A stretch of DNA of 32,000 bases from an archaeon (GTDB lineage: Archaea > Asgardarchaeota > Thorarchaeia > Thorarchaeales > Thorarchaeaceae), in contig JAJRZD010000120.1 in assembly GCA_024275415.1 (NCBI GenBank), forward strand, positions 11,548-43,547, read 5' to 3'. Under the pieces are notes generated by a model. It was not told where the DNA came from and did not search any database. It saw nothing but the letters and a program-made list of their open reading frames with translations. A program made the position numbers and the translations under genes. Positions 16,756-26,307 of the stretch are shown here, piece after piece (the stretch's first letter is position 1; each line of letters opens with the position of its first letter).

Positions 16756-17343
16756 ATGTCTAATGATGAATTTGGTGAAGCAGAAACTCATGATATGTTT
16801 GACATCGGCAGTCTGTTCAGGACATCAGCGACCCTGACATTCGTGGTTCAAATCATATCGGCAGTGGTGATGCTTGGAAGCCTTACAGGATATTACGTCG
16901 GGGATCTCATTCCTGGCTTGGATCCAGATTTTCAGGTGCTCCTTTTCCTAGTAGCTAGTGCTGCAGCTATCATGGTCTTCTTAGCAGCGTTGAGCGTGTT
17001 CCTAAGGTTCTCAAGGCGGATTGGGAACAAGGTCATTGGGCCTGGAATCGAGAAGGTCAGGCTCGACAGCCCAAAGGTGAAGCTTGTCGTCTACGCCTAT
17101 GGCATCCTTGTCTTCATCATGGGAATCATTGGCGTTTACATCTGGTGGATCGTCCACATCCGAGTCCTGACTCCGTGGATAGCAGCTAACGGCGGTTCGA
17201 TTCTCTTGGCCATCTTCTCATATGCCCTCGGAGCATTCTTCATTGCGCTCTTGATCCAGATAATCATCGCAGGAGTAGGAAGATCCTCCACTAAGATCAT
17301 TATTGAAGTGCTTGACGCTGATGATGCTGAGTTCTTGGAGTAA
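16756..17343 (+). CDS. Uncharacterised membrane protein with about four TM segments (the ORF track starts it at 16723)
   Basis: Four long hydrophobic stretches with acidic termini; ATG at 16756 is in frame. Confidence 0.72.
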   Translation: MSNDEFGEAETHDMFDIGSLFRTSATLTFVVQIISAVVMLGSLTGYYVGDLIPGLDPDFQVLLFLVASAAAIMVFLAALSVFLRFSRRIGNKVIGPGIEKVRLDSPKVKLVVYAYGILVFIMGIIGVYIWWIVHIRVLTPWIAANGGSILLAIFSYALGAFFIALLIQIIIAGVGRSSTKIIIEVLDADDAEFLE

Positions 17344-17673
17344 TTAGTCATGTTCCTCGGGGATGTCGAACTTGACATCCTCGAAGATCTCTTCTTTTGG
17401 AGGCATGTAGGTTCTCCGTATCTTCGCTTCAGCCTCCATCCGGTCGTAGTATTTGATGGTGGCATACACCCCGTAGGAACCAAGGAAGAAACCCAATATG
17501 GCGCCAAACAGGGCTCCTGTCACAGCTCCAGACGGACCAAATATGGACTGCCCTGCGACCTGTCCGACTAGAAGAAGGGCAATTACGGAACAGGGCAATT
17601 CGCTTCCCACAGCCAACCATTTACCCATGCTTCCTATCCGTTGTTCCTCGCTCGCTGAATCCATGACACCCAT
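17344..17673 (-). CDS. AtpZ/AtpI-family (ATPase_gene1-like) two-TM protein
   Basis: GSELPCSVIALLLVGQVAGQSIFGP...GALFGAILGFFLGSYGVYATIK resembles the 'GxELxxxxxxGxxxGxxxD...GxxLGxxxGxxxxY' pattern; located next to ATPase genes. Confidence 0.6.
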   Translation of the reverse strand: MGVMDSASEEQRIGSMGKWLAVGSELPCSVIALLLVGQVAGQSIFGPSGAVTGALFGAILGFFLGSYGVYATIKYYDRMEAEAKIRRTYMPPKEEIFEDVKFDIPEEHD

Positions 17674-17762
17674 ACACAGTACTATTCGTTATCAGTCTTA
17701 TCTAGCACATAGTGCAATACTTTTCTGAGTGAACCATATAGGATTGACAGAGGAATCAATCG

Positions 17763-19049
17763 ATGAAACTTGAAGTGACCTATGGCGACAGCAAAATCCC
17801 CATTGAGATACCTGACGAGAACTTTGCTGGTCGGGTCGTGCCAAAGCCAATAAAGACGATTTCAGACATCCGAAAGGAACTTGATAGGGTTCTTGATAAT
17901 CCCCATGGTCCATCGCTTGAAGAACTCTCCAAGAGCAAGAGTGTTTGCGTTCTTGTCGAGGATCACACTAGGGACGAGCCTCACTGGGACTTGCTCAGCA
18001 CAGTCATCCCCAGACTGCAGGATGCCAACAAGGTCACGTTCATGATAACCACAGGTTCCCACGAGGTCGAACACCCTGAGAACCTGAAAATCGCTGATAT
18101 GATCAAGCGAATATCTGCTGATGTCGGGCTCCGGAACTATGTTGTGAAAATAAACGACTGCCATGACTCTGATGTCGTGGATCTCGGAAAGACCAGCAGA
18201 GGGACTCCTGTTATCATCAGTGCTATGGCAGCTAACCATAATCTCTATGTGCCTATTGCAGACATGAAGGCACACTATTTTGCAGGGTACTCAAACGCCT
18301 TGAAAGACTTCCTTCCGGGCATCTGCGCGTTCGATTCAATCGAAGCGAACCATTCAATGGCGCTGGATCCGGACTCCACCTTCGGAATGCATCCGTATCA
18401 TCCTGATGAAAGAAAACGGGATAATCCTTTGGCAGATGACATGCGAGAAGCTATGGAGATGATCACCAAGGATGCAAAGGTGTTCACTCTGTCAGTCATA
18501 TCGGCAGGCTCAAAGCTTGCATGGGCAGATGCAGGAAACATAGAAACGGTCACCGCTGCAGGTATTGAATTTCTTGACGAAACTGCAAGCTTCACTGTCG
18601 AGGCGACGACACACATCATCGTATCGCCCGGGGGGTATCCACAGGATAAGAGCCTCTATCACGCCCAGCGCGCGATAGAGCTTACAAAGAACGCTGTGAA
18701 AGAAGGGGGCGAGATCCTATTCATCGCTGAATGCCGGGATGGAGTCGCTCCGGAGTCGGCTATCGAGAACTTCTATGACAAGCTGACTGCGCCTTTGGAC
18801 GAGGTGTTAGAATCGATAAGCTCCAAGTATCACCTTTACGAGCATAAGGCCTACAAGTTCGCAGACCTGATGAAACGGGTTTCCAAGATCACGATGTTCA
18901 CGAACTTGGACAAGGCGACCGTCGAGTCGGTGCACATGGAGAAAGCCGATGACCCACAGACAGTCATTGATGAGTGGGTTTCTAAGAACCCAGACGTGCA
19001 GATTTTAGTGCTTGACAAAGGGAACAAGCTGGCAGTCTATGCTAAGTAG
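17763..19049 (+). CDS. LarA-superfamily nickel-pincer-dependent 2-hydroxyacid racemase/epimerase (DUF2088 plus C-terminal domain)
   Basis: EDHTR, TGSHE, LGKTSRGTPV, HYFAGYSNALK, IEANH, SPGGYPQD and GGEILFIAECRDG motifs. Confidence 0.9.
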   Translation: MKLEVTYGDSKIPIEIPDENFAGRVVPKPIKTISDIRKELDRVLDNPHGPSLEELSKSKSVCVLVEDHTRDEPHWDLLSTVIPRLQDANKVTFMITTGSHEVEHPENLKIADMIKRISADVGLRNYVVKINDCHDSDVVDLGKTSRGTPVIISAMAANHNLYVPIADMKAHYFAGYSNALKDFLPGICAFDSIEANHSMALDPDSTFGMHPYHPDERKRDNPLADDMREAMEMITKDAKVFTLSVISAGSKLAWADAGNIETVTAAGIEFLDETASFTVEATTHIIVSPGGYPQDKSLYHAQRAIELTKNAVKEGGEILFIAECRDGVAPESAIENFYDKLTAPLDEVLESISSKYHLYEHKAYKFADLMKRVSKITMFTNLDKATVESVHMEKADDPQTVIDEWVSKNPDVQILVLDKGNKLAVYAK

Positions 19050-20562
19050 AGTCCCACTTGATCTCGGAAAGAGCTTGGTATATCTCGTTGAATCTCTTGT
19101 AGCCGGCATCATAGACCTCTCTGTTCTCGGCCCTTGGACGGAGCGAGTCTTTTTGGGCGACCATCGTGTCCGCTGCCTCGTTCATTGTCTTGTAGATGCC
19201 CACACCTATGCATGCCAGTATCGCTGCACCAAGAGCCGTCGCCTCCTCGAGTTTTGTCCGTATGACCGGGATGCCTAGGACATCAGATTGTATCTGCATC
19301 CACACGTTGCTCCGCGCAGCCCCTCCAGTGACACGCACCTCATGGGTCGGAAGGCCGAGGTCTCTCATGACCTCGATATTGGATCGGATGTCGTAAGACA
19401 CCCCTTCTAGGACAGCACGCATCAAGTGGCTCCTGTTATGCCCTAGGGAGAGACCTGCAAATACACCGCGCGCATGAGGGTTCCAGTGTGGTGCTCCAGC
19501 ACCCACGAAATGCGGGAGATGGATAACGCCTTCAGAGCCGGCAGGGACTGATTCTGCTGTTTCAGTTATAACCTCGTATGGGTCAACACCACGGTCGCCA
19601 GCCACATGACGCTCCTCGGTAGCAATGTGATCTCTAAGCCATCTCAAGGCAGACCCAGTGGTGAACATGCTAGCCTCCACCACGAAAGCGTCAGGCACAA
19701 CATGACGGCTGCATAAGACCCTGCGTTTCCGATCCAATTTGACATCCTGAGAGAAACCCAGTATGAAGGTGCCAGTCCCCGTTGTCGCCTTGATGGTGCC
19801 TTCTCTGACCACACCCACGCCGAGAGCTGCACATTGCTGATCTCCGCCTCCAGCGACCACTGGAGTGCCCTCTTTAAGCCCTGTTTCTTTTGCGGCAAAT
19901 CTTGTAATCTCACCAATGGTCGTACCGGACTGCACCGGGTGAGGGAGTTTCTCCTCGGGGATCCTGAAGGCATCCAACAGTTTCTCGGACCACTCGGCCT
20001 TGACGATGTCAAAAAGCATCGTCCTGCTTGCATTGGAATAATCTGTGATGTAGTCGCCTGTAAGCTTGAACAGAAGATAATCGTGGACAAGGAGGAACTT
20101 CTCGACACTCTTGAAGACCTCGGGCTCGTTCTGCTGAATCCATAGTATCTTAGGGGCCGAGAAATAAGGATCAATAGTGAGCCCTGTTATCGAGTAGACT
20201 TTCTTTGGGGATACCTTCTTCCTGATCCATTCACATTGTGAGACCGTCCTACGGTCCTGCCACACAATAGCGGGACGTAGTGGGTTCCCCTCCTCATCGA
20301 TAGGAACGATTGTTTCACGTTGGTTTGTCACACTAATCGCTGAAACGCTCTCAGGGCTAATCCCCCTCGCAGATAACGAGTGCGTCAGTGACTGACAGGC
20401 GGTTTCCCACCATAAAGGAGCGTCCTGCTCGACCCAAGAGGGATGGGGATAGGAACTATTGAACTCGCGGTAGGTCATCGACAGGACATTCCCGTCGGTG
20501 TCAAAGATGATCGAGCGAACCCCAGAAGTGCCAGCATCAATCGCAACAACTGTTTCAGCCAT
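19042..20562 (-). CDS. FGGY-family carbohydrate kinase (glycerol kinase / xylulokinase-like); the ORF track extends it to 20628
   Basis: AIDAGTSG, WVEQD, TNQRET, WQDRRT, DPYFSAPK, DYSNASRTMLF, GGDQQ, TGTGTF, RAVLEG, GGAARSNVWMQI, EEATALGAA. Confidence 0.93.
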   Translation of the reverse strand: MAETVVAIDAGTSGVRSIIFDTDGNVLSMTYREFNSSYPHPSWVEQDAPLWWETACQSLTHSLSARGISPESVSAISVTNQRETIVPIDEEGNPLRPAIVWQDRRTVSQCEWIRKKVSPKKVYSITGLTIDPYFSAPKILWIQQNEPEVFKSVEKFLLVHDYLLFKLTGDYITDYSNASRTMLFDIVKAEWSEKLLDAFRIPEEKLPHPVQSGTTIGEITRFAAKETGLKEGTPVVAGGGDQQCAALGVGVVREGTIKATTGTGTFILGFSQDVKLDRKRRVLCSRHVVPDAFVVEASMFTTGSALRWLRDHIATEERHVAGDRGVDPYEVITETAESVPAGSEGVIHLPHFVGAGAPHWNPHARGVFAGLSLGHNRSHLMRAVLEGVSYDIRSNIEVMRDLGLPTHEVRVTGGAARSNVWMQIQSDVLGIPVIRTKLEEATALGAAILACIGVGIYKTMNEAADTMVAQKDSLRPRAENREVYDAGYKRFNEIYQALSEIKWDST

Positions 20563-20663
20563 GTGAATCACTACTAGAACTCGAAACCAATCAGTGATAT
20601 GAACGCTTCGAGAGAGGTTCGTAAACAACTTAAGTCACGACATGTTGTCTGTGTCTGATTGCG

Positions 20664-21659
20664 ATGGCTGATGATATCGAAACACCTGAGCGTAACATCT
20701 CAGTCATCATCCTCTTTGGTGTCCTCTCAGTCATCAGTGCAGAGGTGTTCTCAGGATCGTCGCCACTCTGGATGTGGGATTGGTGGGGGATTCTCGTGGT
20801 GTTACCACTCTACTGGGGACACGGCATGATTCTATGGAACATTGCCCTACGATACAAGAAGACCTCTCTTACGCACCTCTACTTGTTAGGCATCATCTAT
20901 GGGCTGTACGAGTCTTGGATGACAAAGGTGATCTGGGTCGGCTACTTCGGACAACCTCCTCAATTCGGGCAATTCCTCGGATTCGCGATTGGCGAGTTCT
21001 TGGTAATCGCTCTTTTCTGGCATGCAGTGTTCTCATTCATCATTCCACTATACATGATACAGCTGCTTGGTGGCAAAGAAGGTAAACTCGCACGGACAAG
21101 ACGCAGAACCTTCGTAGCGATCAGCATCATCCTGCTGGCATCGTCATTCATTCCTATTGGACTAGGATATGACCTCGGAGCGACCATGATCGCAGTGTTA
21201 TCGAATACGCTTGTCTTGGGAATCGCGTTCGGTATCACAAAATTCAGGCATCCAACGGGGTTTAGCCTCTCATCATTACGGATAGGGAAAAAGGGATGGG
21301 CTATCTCAATCGGATATACTCTGTTCCTCTATGTGTTCCTGTTGTTCGTGATCCGTCCCGAAGCAATTGCACCTCCGCTCACACTGTTCCTCACAGTGGG
21401 ATTCTATGCACTCATCATCGGGCTGTTCTGGTTCAGCAAAGAGAATGAATACGTAATGGATGACACTACAGGAGTGCCATCATTCGCACGAACACATGTC
21501 ATCGTCGGAATTGGCGCCATTTTCATGCTCTCTCTTTTGTGGATCATGTTCTCACCATTGGCATTCATTATAGGTACATTGCTATATCTAGGGATGATAA
21601 TTGCAGGACCAATCCTCTTGGCCATAGCTGTATTCAGGACAGTGACCGGAAAGGTCTGA
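20664..21659 (+). CDS. Uncharacterised multi-pass membrane protein
   Basis: 331 aa with roughly 9-10 hydrophobic segments; intramembrane acidic residues in SAEVFSGS and GLYES. Confidence 0.75.
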   Translation: MADDIETPERNISVIILFGVLSVISAEVFSGSSPLWMWDWWGILVVLPLYWGHGMILWNIALRYKKTSLTHLYLLGIIYGLYESWMTKVIWVGYFGQPPQFGQFLGFAIGEFLVIALFWHAVFSFIIPLYMIQLLGGKEGKLARTRRRTFVAISIILLASSFIPIGLGYDLGATMIAVLSNTLVLGIAFGITKFRHPTGFSLSSLRIGKKGWAISIGYTLFLYVFLLFVIRPEAIAPPLTLFLTVGFYALIIGLFWFSKENEYVMDDTTGVPSFARTHVIVGIGAIFMLSLLWIMFSPLAFIIGTLLYLGMIIAGPILLAIAVFRTVTGKV

Positions 21660-21737
21660 GCGTGGCTGGTTTCTAAACTAGAGTCAACGCAGAAACGAGA
21701 AGAACAGGTACAGGTGTCAGTGTTTCGAAGGCGACAT

Positions 21738-22070
21738 CTAGTCCTTTGGCCAGCAGAACAACTCACCACCCGGGGATGTTGCTGCCTTTATCGCAAGAGT
21801 AGCATCGAAAAGGTCTCTTCCAACGATTTCGCCCCAGAGGTCTGCCCCTCCAAAGGCTTCTGATGGGATAAGATAACTCTCAGGCCTGGAACGGATGAAT
21901 ATCAGAATCTCGTCAGACTCGTAAAGACCGCCGGTCTTGAAGCATATCCTGATTATCTCGTCCCACCTTATCGATGCGTTAATCTCATCACGGTCAGGAG
22001 GCTCGACCTTGATGTGGATGAAGTCGTCATCAAATGAAACCTCATACCAGTCACTGATCGAACCGACCAT
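21738..22070 (-). CDS. Small beta-rich hypothetical protein (possibly PH-like); the ORF track extends it to 22118
   Basis: Beta-strand-rich acidic sequence containing IRWDEIIRICFKT and ESYLIPSEAFGGADLW; family not assigned. Confidence 0.65.
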   Translation of the reverse strand: MVGSISDWYEVSFDDDFIHIKVEPPDRDEINASIRWDEIIRICFKTGGLYESDEILIFIRSRPESYLIPSEAFGGADLWGEIVGRDLFDATLAIKAATSPGGELFCWPKD

Positions 22071-22290
22071 GTAAAATACTCTCCGCATTATATAGGACAA
22101 ACTAGCACTTATCTCCACTGAATTGGAAGAGATAGTTACATGATTAATCTTGTAGCCACCGTGCCCGCTACTTGCAAATCTCGTTGTATGTGTGTACTGT
22201 AGGTGCAGTCCTCGTACAAGTCAAATTGTCCCGTTCCAATCAAGTAGTTTTTATACAATCAATGCACTATAAATTGTGAGGAGGATAGTT

Positions 22291-24162
22291 ATGGGAGCAA
22301 CTAGACTTCAAGAATTAAAGAGAGCAGTGGAATCGAGTCCAGATAATCTGGACAAGTGGTACGAGCTCGGTAAGTATGCTGCCGACCGGTTCATCGTCGG
22401 AATAAGCGAAAAAGCCCTTGCAATGATTATAAGAAACAGACCTGATGATCCTAATATCCTTGGTCTATTGGCAAAGGCACTCAACCGGAGAAGGAACCTC
22501 AAAGAGGCAGAGAAAATCTATAAACGCGCTGTGGAATTGTCACCCGATAACCTTGAACTCCTTACCGGGCTTGCCGTAGTGTATGTGAACGGAGCAGACC
22601 TCGCAAAAGGTGAAGAATTGTTCAGGAAGGTGCTATATCTGGACCCAGGATTTCCATGGGCGGTACACGGATACTTGCATAACTTGGAAATGAATGGAAG
22701 AATTGACGAGATCGAGCCCTTGCTCAGGACAGCCATCAAATCCAATCCGGACAGCCCGCTCCTAAATGTCAATTACAGCAACTATCTCAAAAAGATGGGC
22801 GATACTCGTGGTGAATATAACGACTTCTTACAGAAAGCGTTAGAAACCATTGTGGACGCGGATCCTGAAGAACAAAGCCGTACGCTGCGAGTGCTCCTAG
22901 GAATGAGTAGATCTGATGCCTTCAAGTATAGTGGCCTTTTGCTCGAGAAGGATCCAGACCATTTAGATATCCTCATGACACATGCGCAGGCATTATCAGC
23001 TACCGAGCCTGAAAAGGGAAGGAAGATGCTTGAGGATGCATTGGCAGGCGACCCCGAGAATGTCCGACTGATGATGGTTCTGATGGGAGTCTATCTCCGA
23101 GCAGGTAATCTTGCAGCAGCCATGAAGCTGAAGGAGCGGGTAGACAAGTCCCAACCTGAAGGGGGAATCACAGCTCTGGTAGACCTTGTGATGAGCGATA
23201 GTGATACCGGAGGGCTTCTTACCTCTCGTTCAAAGCGAGAGCGCTACCTCAAAGCAACAGGGGAATTGATCGAAAGGTTCCCTGCAATGTTGTCCATACA
23301 TATGCAACACATAGTGGCACTGTGCATCATTGGGAGAGTAGAAGATGCTAGGGCACACGCGTTGCGCGTAATAAAGGAGGTTCCACAAAAGGACTTCGTG
23401 CAAGTGCTGAGATTTGGTTTGTTGCTCAGAACCATGGAAATGTTCAGCGATGCTGGACAGGTACTCGAAGCAGCAGAGCATCTAGCAACCACGAAGAAGG
23501 ACAAGCTGCTCGTCAAGCTTGTAGGTGACATAGACCATGAAAGATACTCTTGTATCGTAGAAACAATTGAAGAATATCTTGAGGGGCAGGAAGGAGAACC
23601 TCGCCTTTATGGCATCCTTGGGAGAGCTCAAAAGTATGTAAGTCATCCTGATGCAGCAGGAACCATTGAGACCGCAGCCGAGTTGGGACAATATGATTCG
23701 AAAATCCTTCTGGCTTCAATCCTGAAAAGAGATGAGGATGACATCCGTGCAAAGAATTTGCTAGGGAGTGTGCTGCAGTCCCCTGATGCCACTCAGTTGG
23801 AGAAAGCACGAGCGTTAATTGGGCTTGATAACCGAGAAGAGGCCGTCAGTGTGCTCGAATCACATCTTGAGGAAAATCCAGCAGACCTGCTGGGATGGGA
23901 TCTCCTGTTTATGCTAAAGAGAAACGAAGGCGAAGGGGCAGTAAGAGCAGTTGTAAGGAGAAGGCTCCAAGCAATCAGCATCACAGGTCAGAACAGTCAC
24001 GAAGAAACAATTCAATCACTGGTGGCAGGCGAGATAGTTGAAGCTGAGGTGGATAAGGTATTCTCAGGGATACTGGCTGGGGAGATTAAGAAACAATTGC
24101 TCAGAACACAGATCGAGAGCCTGTTGGTCGATGCCCGTGAGGATGGTGAAACTTGTGTCTGA
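22291..24162 (+). CDS. Tetratricopeptide-repeat protein (the ORF track starts it at 22276)
   Basis: Repeated TPR signatures such as AEKIYKRAVELSPDN, GEELFRKVLYLDP and LEDALAGDPEN; GAGGAGG RBS before ATG 22291. Confidence 0.88.
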   Translation: MGATRLQELKRAVESSPDNLDKWYELGKYAADRFIVGISEKALAMIIRNRPDDPNILGLLAKALNRRRNLKEAEKIYKRAVELSPDNLELLTGLAVVYVNGADLAKGEELFRKVLYLDPGFPWAVHGYLHNLEMNGRIDEIEPLLRTAIKSNPDSPLLNVNYSNYLKKMGDTRGEYNDFLQKALETIVDADPEEQSRTLRVLLGMSRSDAFKYSGLLLEKDPDHLDILMTHAQALSATEPEKGRKMLEDALAGDPENVRLMMVLMGVYLRAGNLAAAMKLKERVDKSQPEGGITALVDLVMSDSDTGGLLTSRSKRERYLKATGELIERFPAMLSIHMQHIVALCIIGRVEDARAHALRVIKEVPQKDFVQVLRFGLLLRTMEMFSDAGQVLEAAEHLATTKKDKLLVKLVGDIDHERYSCIVETIEEYLEGQEGEPRLYGILGRAQKYVSHPDAAGTIETAAELGQYDSKILLASILKRDEDDIRAKNLLGSVLQSPDATQLEKARALIGLDNREEAVSVLESHLEENPADLLGWDLLFMLKRNEGEGAVRAVVRRRLQAISITGQNSHEETIQSLVAGEIVEAEVDKVFSGILAGEIKKQLLRTQIESLLVDAREDGETCV

Positions 24163-26224
24163 GAACGAACTTATCGACATCCTCTCAAGAGGGTTGAGCT
24201 GGCGCGATTCACGTGATGCGATTGAGCTGGCAGATCTGCTGGATGAAGGAAATACGGTTTCTTGGCAAAACAGAGTCCTACAAGCAGCCGAAGAGATTGG
24301 TGTCCCAAGAGTCCTTCATCAAATCGAGTTCTCGTATCAAAAGGTCGTTGCATGGGGCGCGTTCGCACAGGCTGTGCTGTCCCTTTTCGGATTAGGAGAG
24401 CTCTCAGGACTTTCATGTGATATGTCCGAATTCGTGAGGAGCATCCGCGAGAAAAATCCGAGTTCGTGGAAAAAGGCTAGAAAATATGCGAAGGAATGTG
24501 CCATTCGCTATCTCAAGGGACAAATCGCAGCAGGAGATGTATATTTGCTCAGACCTAGCGCGATTCAGTCGCCGGATCTTGCTGTGTATGTTCCTGAAAT
24601 AATCGAAGTCCGCAGACGAGAGAAGGAACGTGCCGCTGCGTACCTGATGGAAGATGGAATGGTTGACATGTTTGACCTTCTCGAGCTGCCGATTGCAATG
24701 GAGCTGATAGTGAAATCTGGGATAGGTGGAAGATCTGATCAAGATTCTGCAAAAGAGGTGTTGAGCAAACTTGTCGAACTTGGGGTCACATCGAATGGAG
24801 AACCAGTTGCCAAGTCTCAGAACTTGGTTTCAGTTGAAGAACGATATCTTCGTTTGTACCAGAATTGTATGCCAAACCACAGAGACCTCCTAAGAGGTGT
24901 CGCAATGACCCTTGATCCGGACAATAAAATGTGTCTTCAGGGACTTGAAATGATATACGCATCGGGACACGGTTATGCACGGGAGGCATTACTCAAAGCA
25001 TTAGATAGATCCGATGATGCAATAATTAAATATGCAATAGCAGGACTGGGTATTCTTGGTGATAGGGAGGCAATCGAGAGAATCTCTGGATTCCTAGGTC
25101 ATCACAGCAAAGACGTGGTATGCGCTGCATGTGGTGTGCTCGGTCAACTACAGGCTACAGAAAAGGTGGACGATTTGTTTGCCTTGGTCGGAACCTCTGA
25201 CGATGAAATCCGAATTGCAGCCCTTCGTGCGCTTGCTAAAATCAACTCTCCCAGAGCTCATGAAAAAGTGTGGCAGTGTTATTCAAGTTTGGGCATCTCA
25301 AAGTTCTCGTTACTCACAGCACAAGTTGCCGATAGGGGGTCAGATACGGCGCTGTATTTTATGATTGATCTCCTACTATTGGATGTGCACACATTCGTGA
25401 GAGGCGGCGAAATGATGTTGTTCAATGCCATCCAGAACCCTCCGGATAATATGCAGAACGTGCTACAGGAGGCAATCTCGATATTAAGGGATAGAGCTGT
25501 GGAGGGCTTCGGTCGCATAGGGTCCAGAGCCGTTCCAATCCTCGTGACATTACTTAACCAGTTCCCTGACGCAGAGGGGATTGTTTCGGCGAGGGTCGAA
25601 TGGAAAAAGGACGAACAAGAGATTCGGCATGTCCTGTATGACCGATTGCGAGAATATCAGCAACTACGACATGTGACTGCCACATGTATCCCAGACCCGG
25701 TCGAAAAGATCGTTCGCGCGTTAGGGATGACAAAATCAGCACGGGCCATTCCGTATCTCAAAGATATCGCCAATAGCAGAAATGTCAATCTTGCAAAGAT
25801 AGCAGTGGAATCTCTGAGTGAGATAGACACTCCTGCAATTGATGCGTTGATTGAAGTGTCGGAATCGAATCCTACTATTCATGCATTGAAGGTCCAACAG
25901 ATTGGTACGATTGTGCATCCTCGAGCAACAAAGTGGCTGGTCAAACAGTCCACATCAAAGAACCCCATGGTGAGGCTTCAAACAGGCATGTTCCTGGCAA
26001 TGCGGAACGACCCAGCACTGATTAAACCGCTGAGGAAGTTAGCAAAGGACTCAGAGGTTGGCGTTCGAATGATTCTTGCAAACGTAATAACCCGACTCGG
26101 ACTGAATGCATACCCGGAAATCATGGAGATACTCAGCAAAGACTCTGCTGAAATCGTTCGGGATACAATCACCCGAGCTAAGTTGCACTTTGAAGCTGAG
26201 AAGAACGATGAGTTCTGGGCGTAG
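24155..26224 (+). CDS. HEAT-repeat (PBS-lyase-like) protein; the ORF track starts it at 24038
   Basis: Repeats such as LLKALDRSDDAIIKYAIAGLGILGD, DDEIRIAALRALAKI and NPMVRLQTGMFLA; GGTGA precedes GTG 24155, which overlaps the TPR gene stop. Confidence 0.87.
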   Translation: MSENELIDILSRGLSWRDSRDAIELADLLDEGNTVSWQNRVLQAAEEIGVPRVLHQIEFSYQKVVAWGAFAQAVLSLFGLGELSGLSCDMSEFVRSIREKNPSSWKKARKYAKECAIRYLKGQIAAGDVYLLRPSAIQSPDLAVYVPEIIEVRRREKERAAAYLMEDGMVDMFDLLELPIAMELIVKSGIGGRSDQDSAKEVLSKLVELGVTSNGEPVAKSQNLVSVEERYLRLYQNCMPNHRDLLRGVAMTLDPDNKMCLQGLEMIYASGHGYAREALLKALDRSDDAIIKYAIAGLGILGDREAIERISGFLGHHSKDVVCAACGVLGQLQATEKVDDLFALVGTSDDEIRIAALRALAKINSPRAHEKVWQCYSSLGISKFSLLTAQVADRGSDTALYFMIDLLLLDVHTFVRGGEMMLFNAIQNPPDNMQNVLQEAISILRDRAVEGFGRIGSRAVPILVTLLNQFPDAEGIVSARVEWKKDEQEIRHVLYDRLREYQQLRHVTATCIPDPVEKIVRALGMTKSARAIPYLKDIANSRNVNLAKIAVESLSEIDTPAIDALIEVSESNPTIHALKVQQIGTIVHPRATKWLVKQSTSKNPMVRLQTGMFLAMRNDPALIKPLRKLAKDSEVGVRMILANVITRLGLNAYPEIMEILSKDSAEIVRDTITRAKLHFEAEKNDEFWA

Positions 26225-26307
26225 GCTCTTGAGCCTGTACATCTGACAGCGTGACTCTCAGTAAGAGAAATAAAGCGCGCAAATGACTTCGCAATGGAGC
26301 TAGGAGC

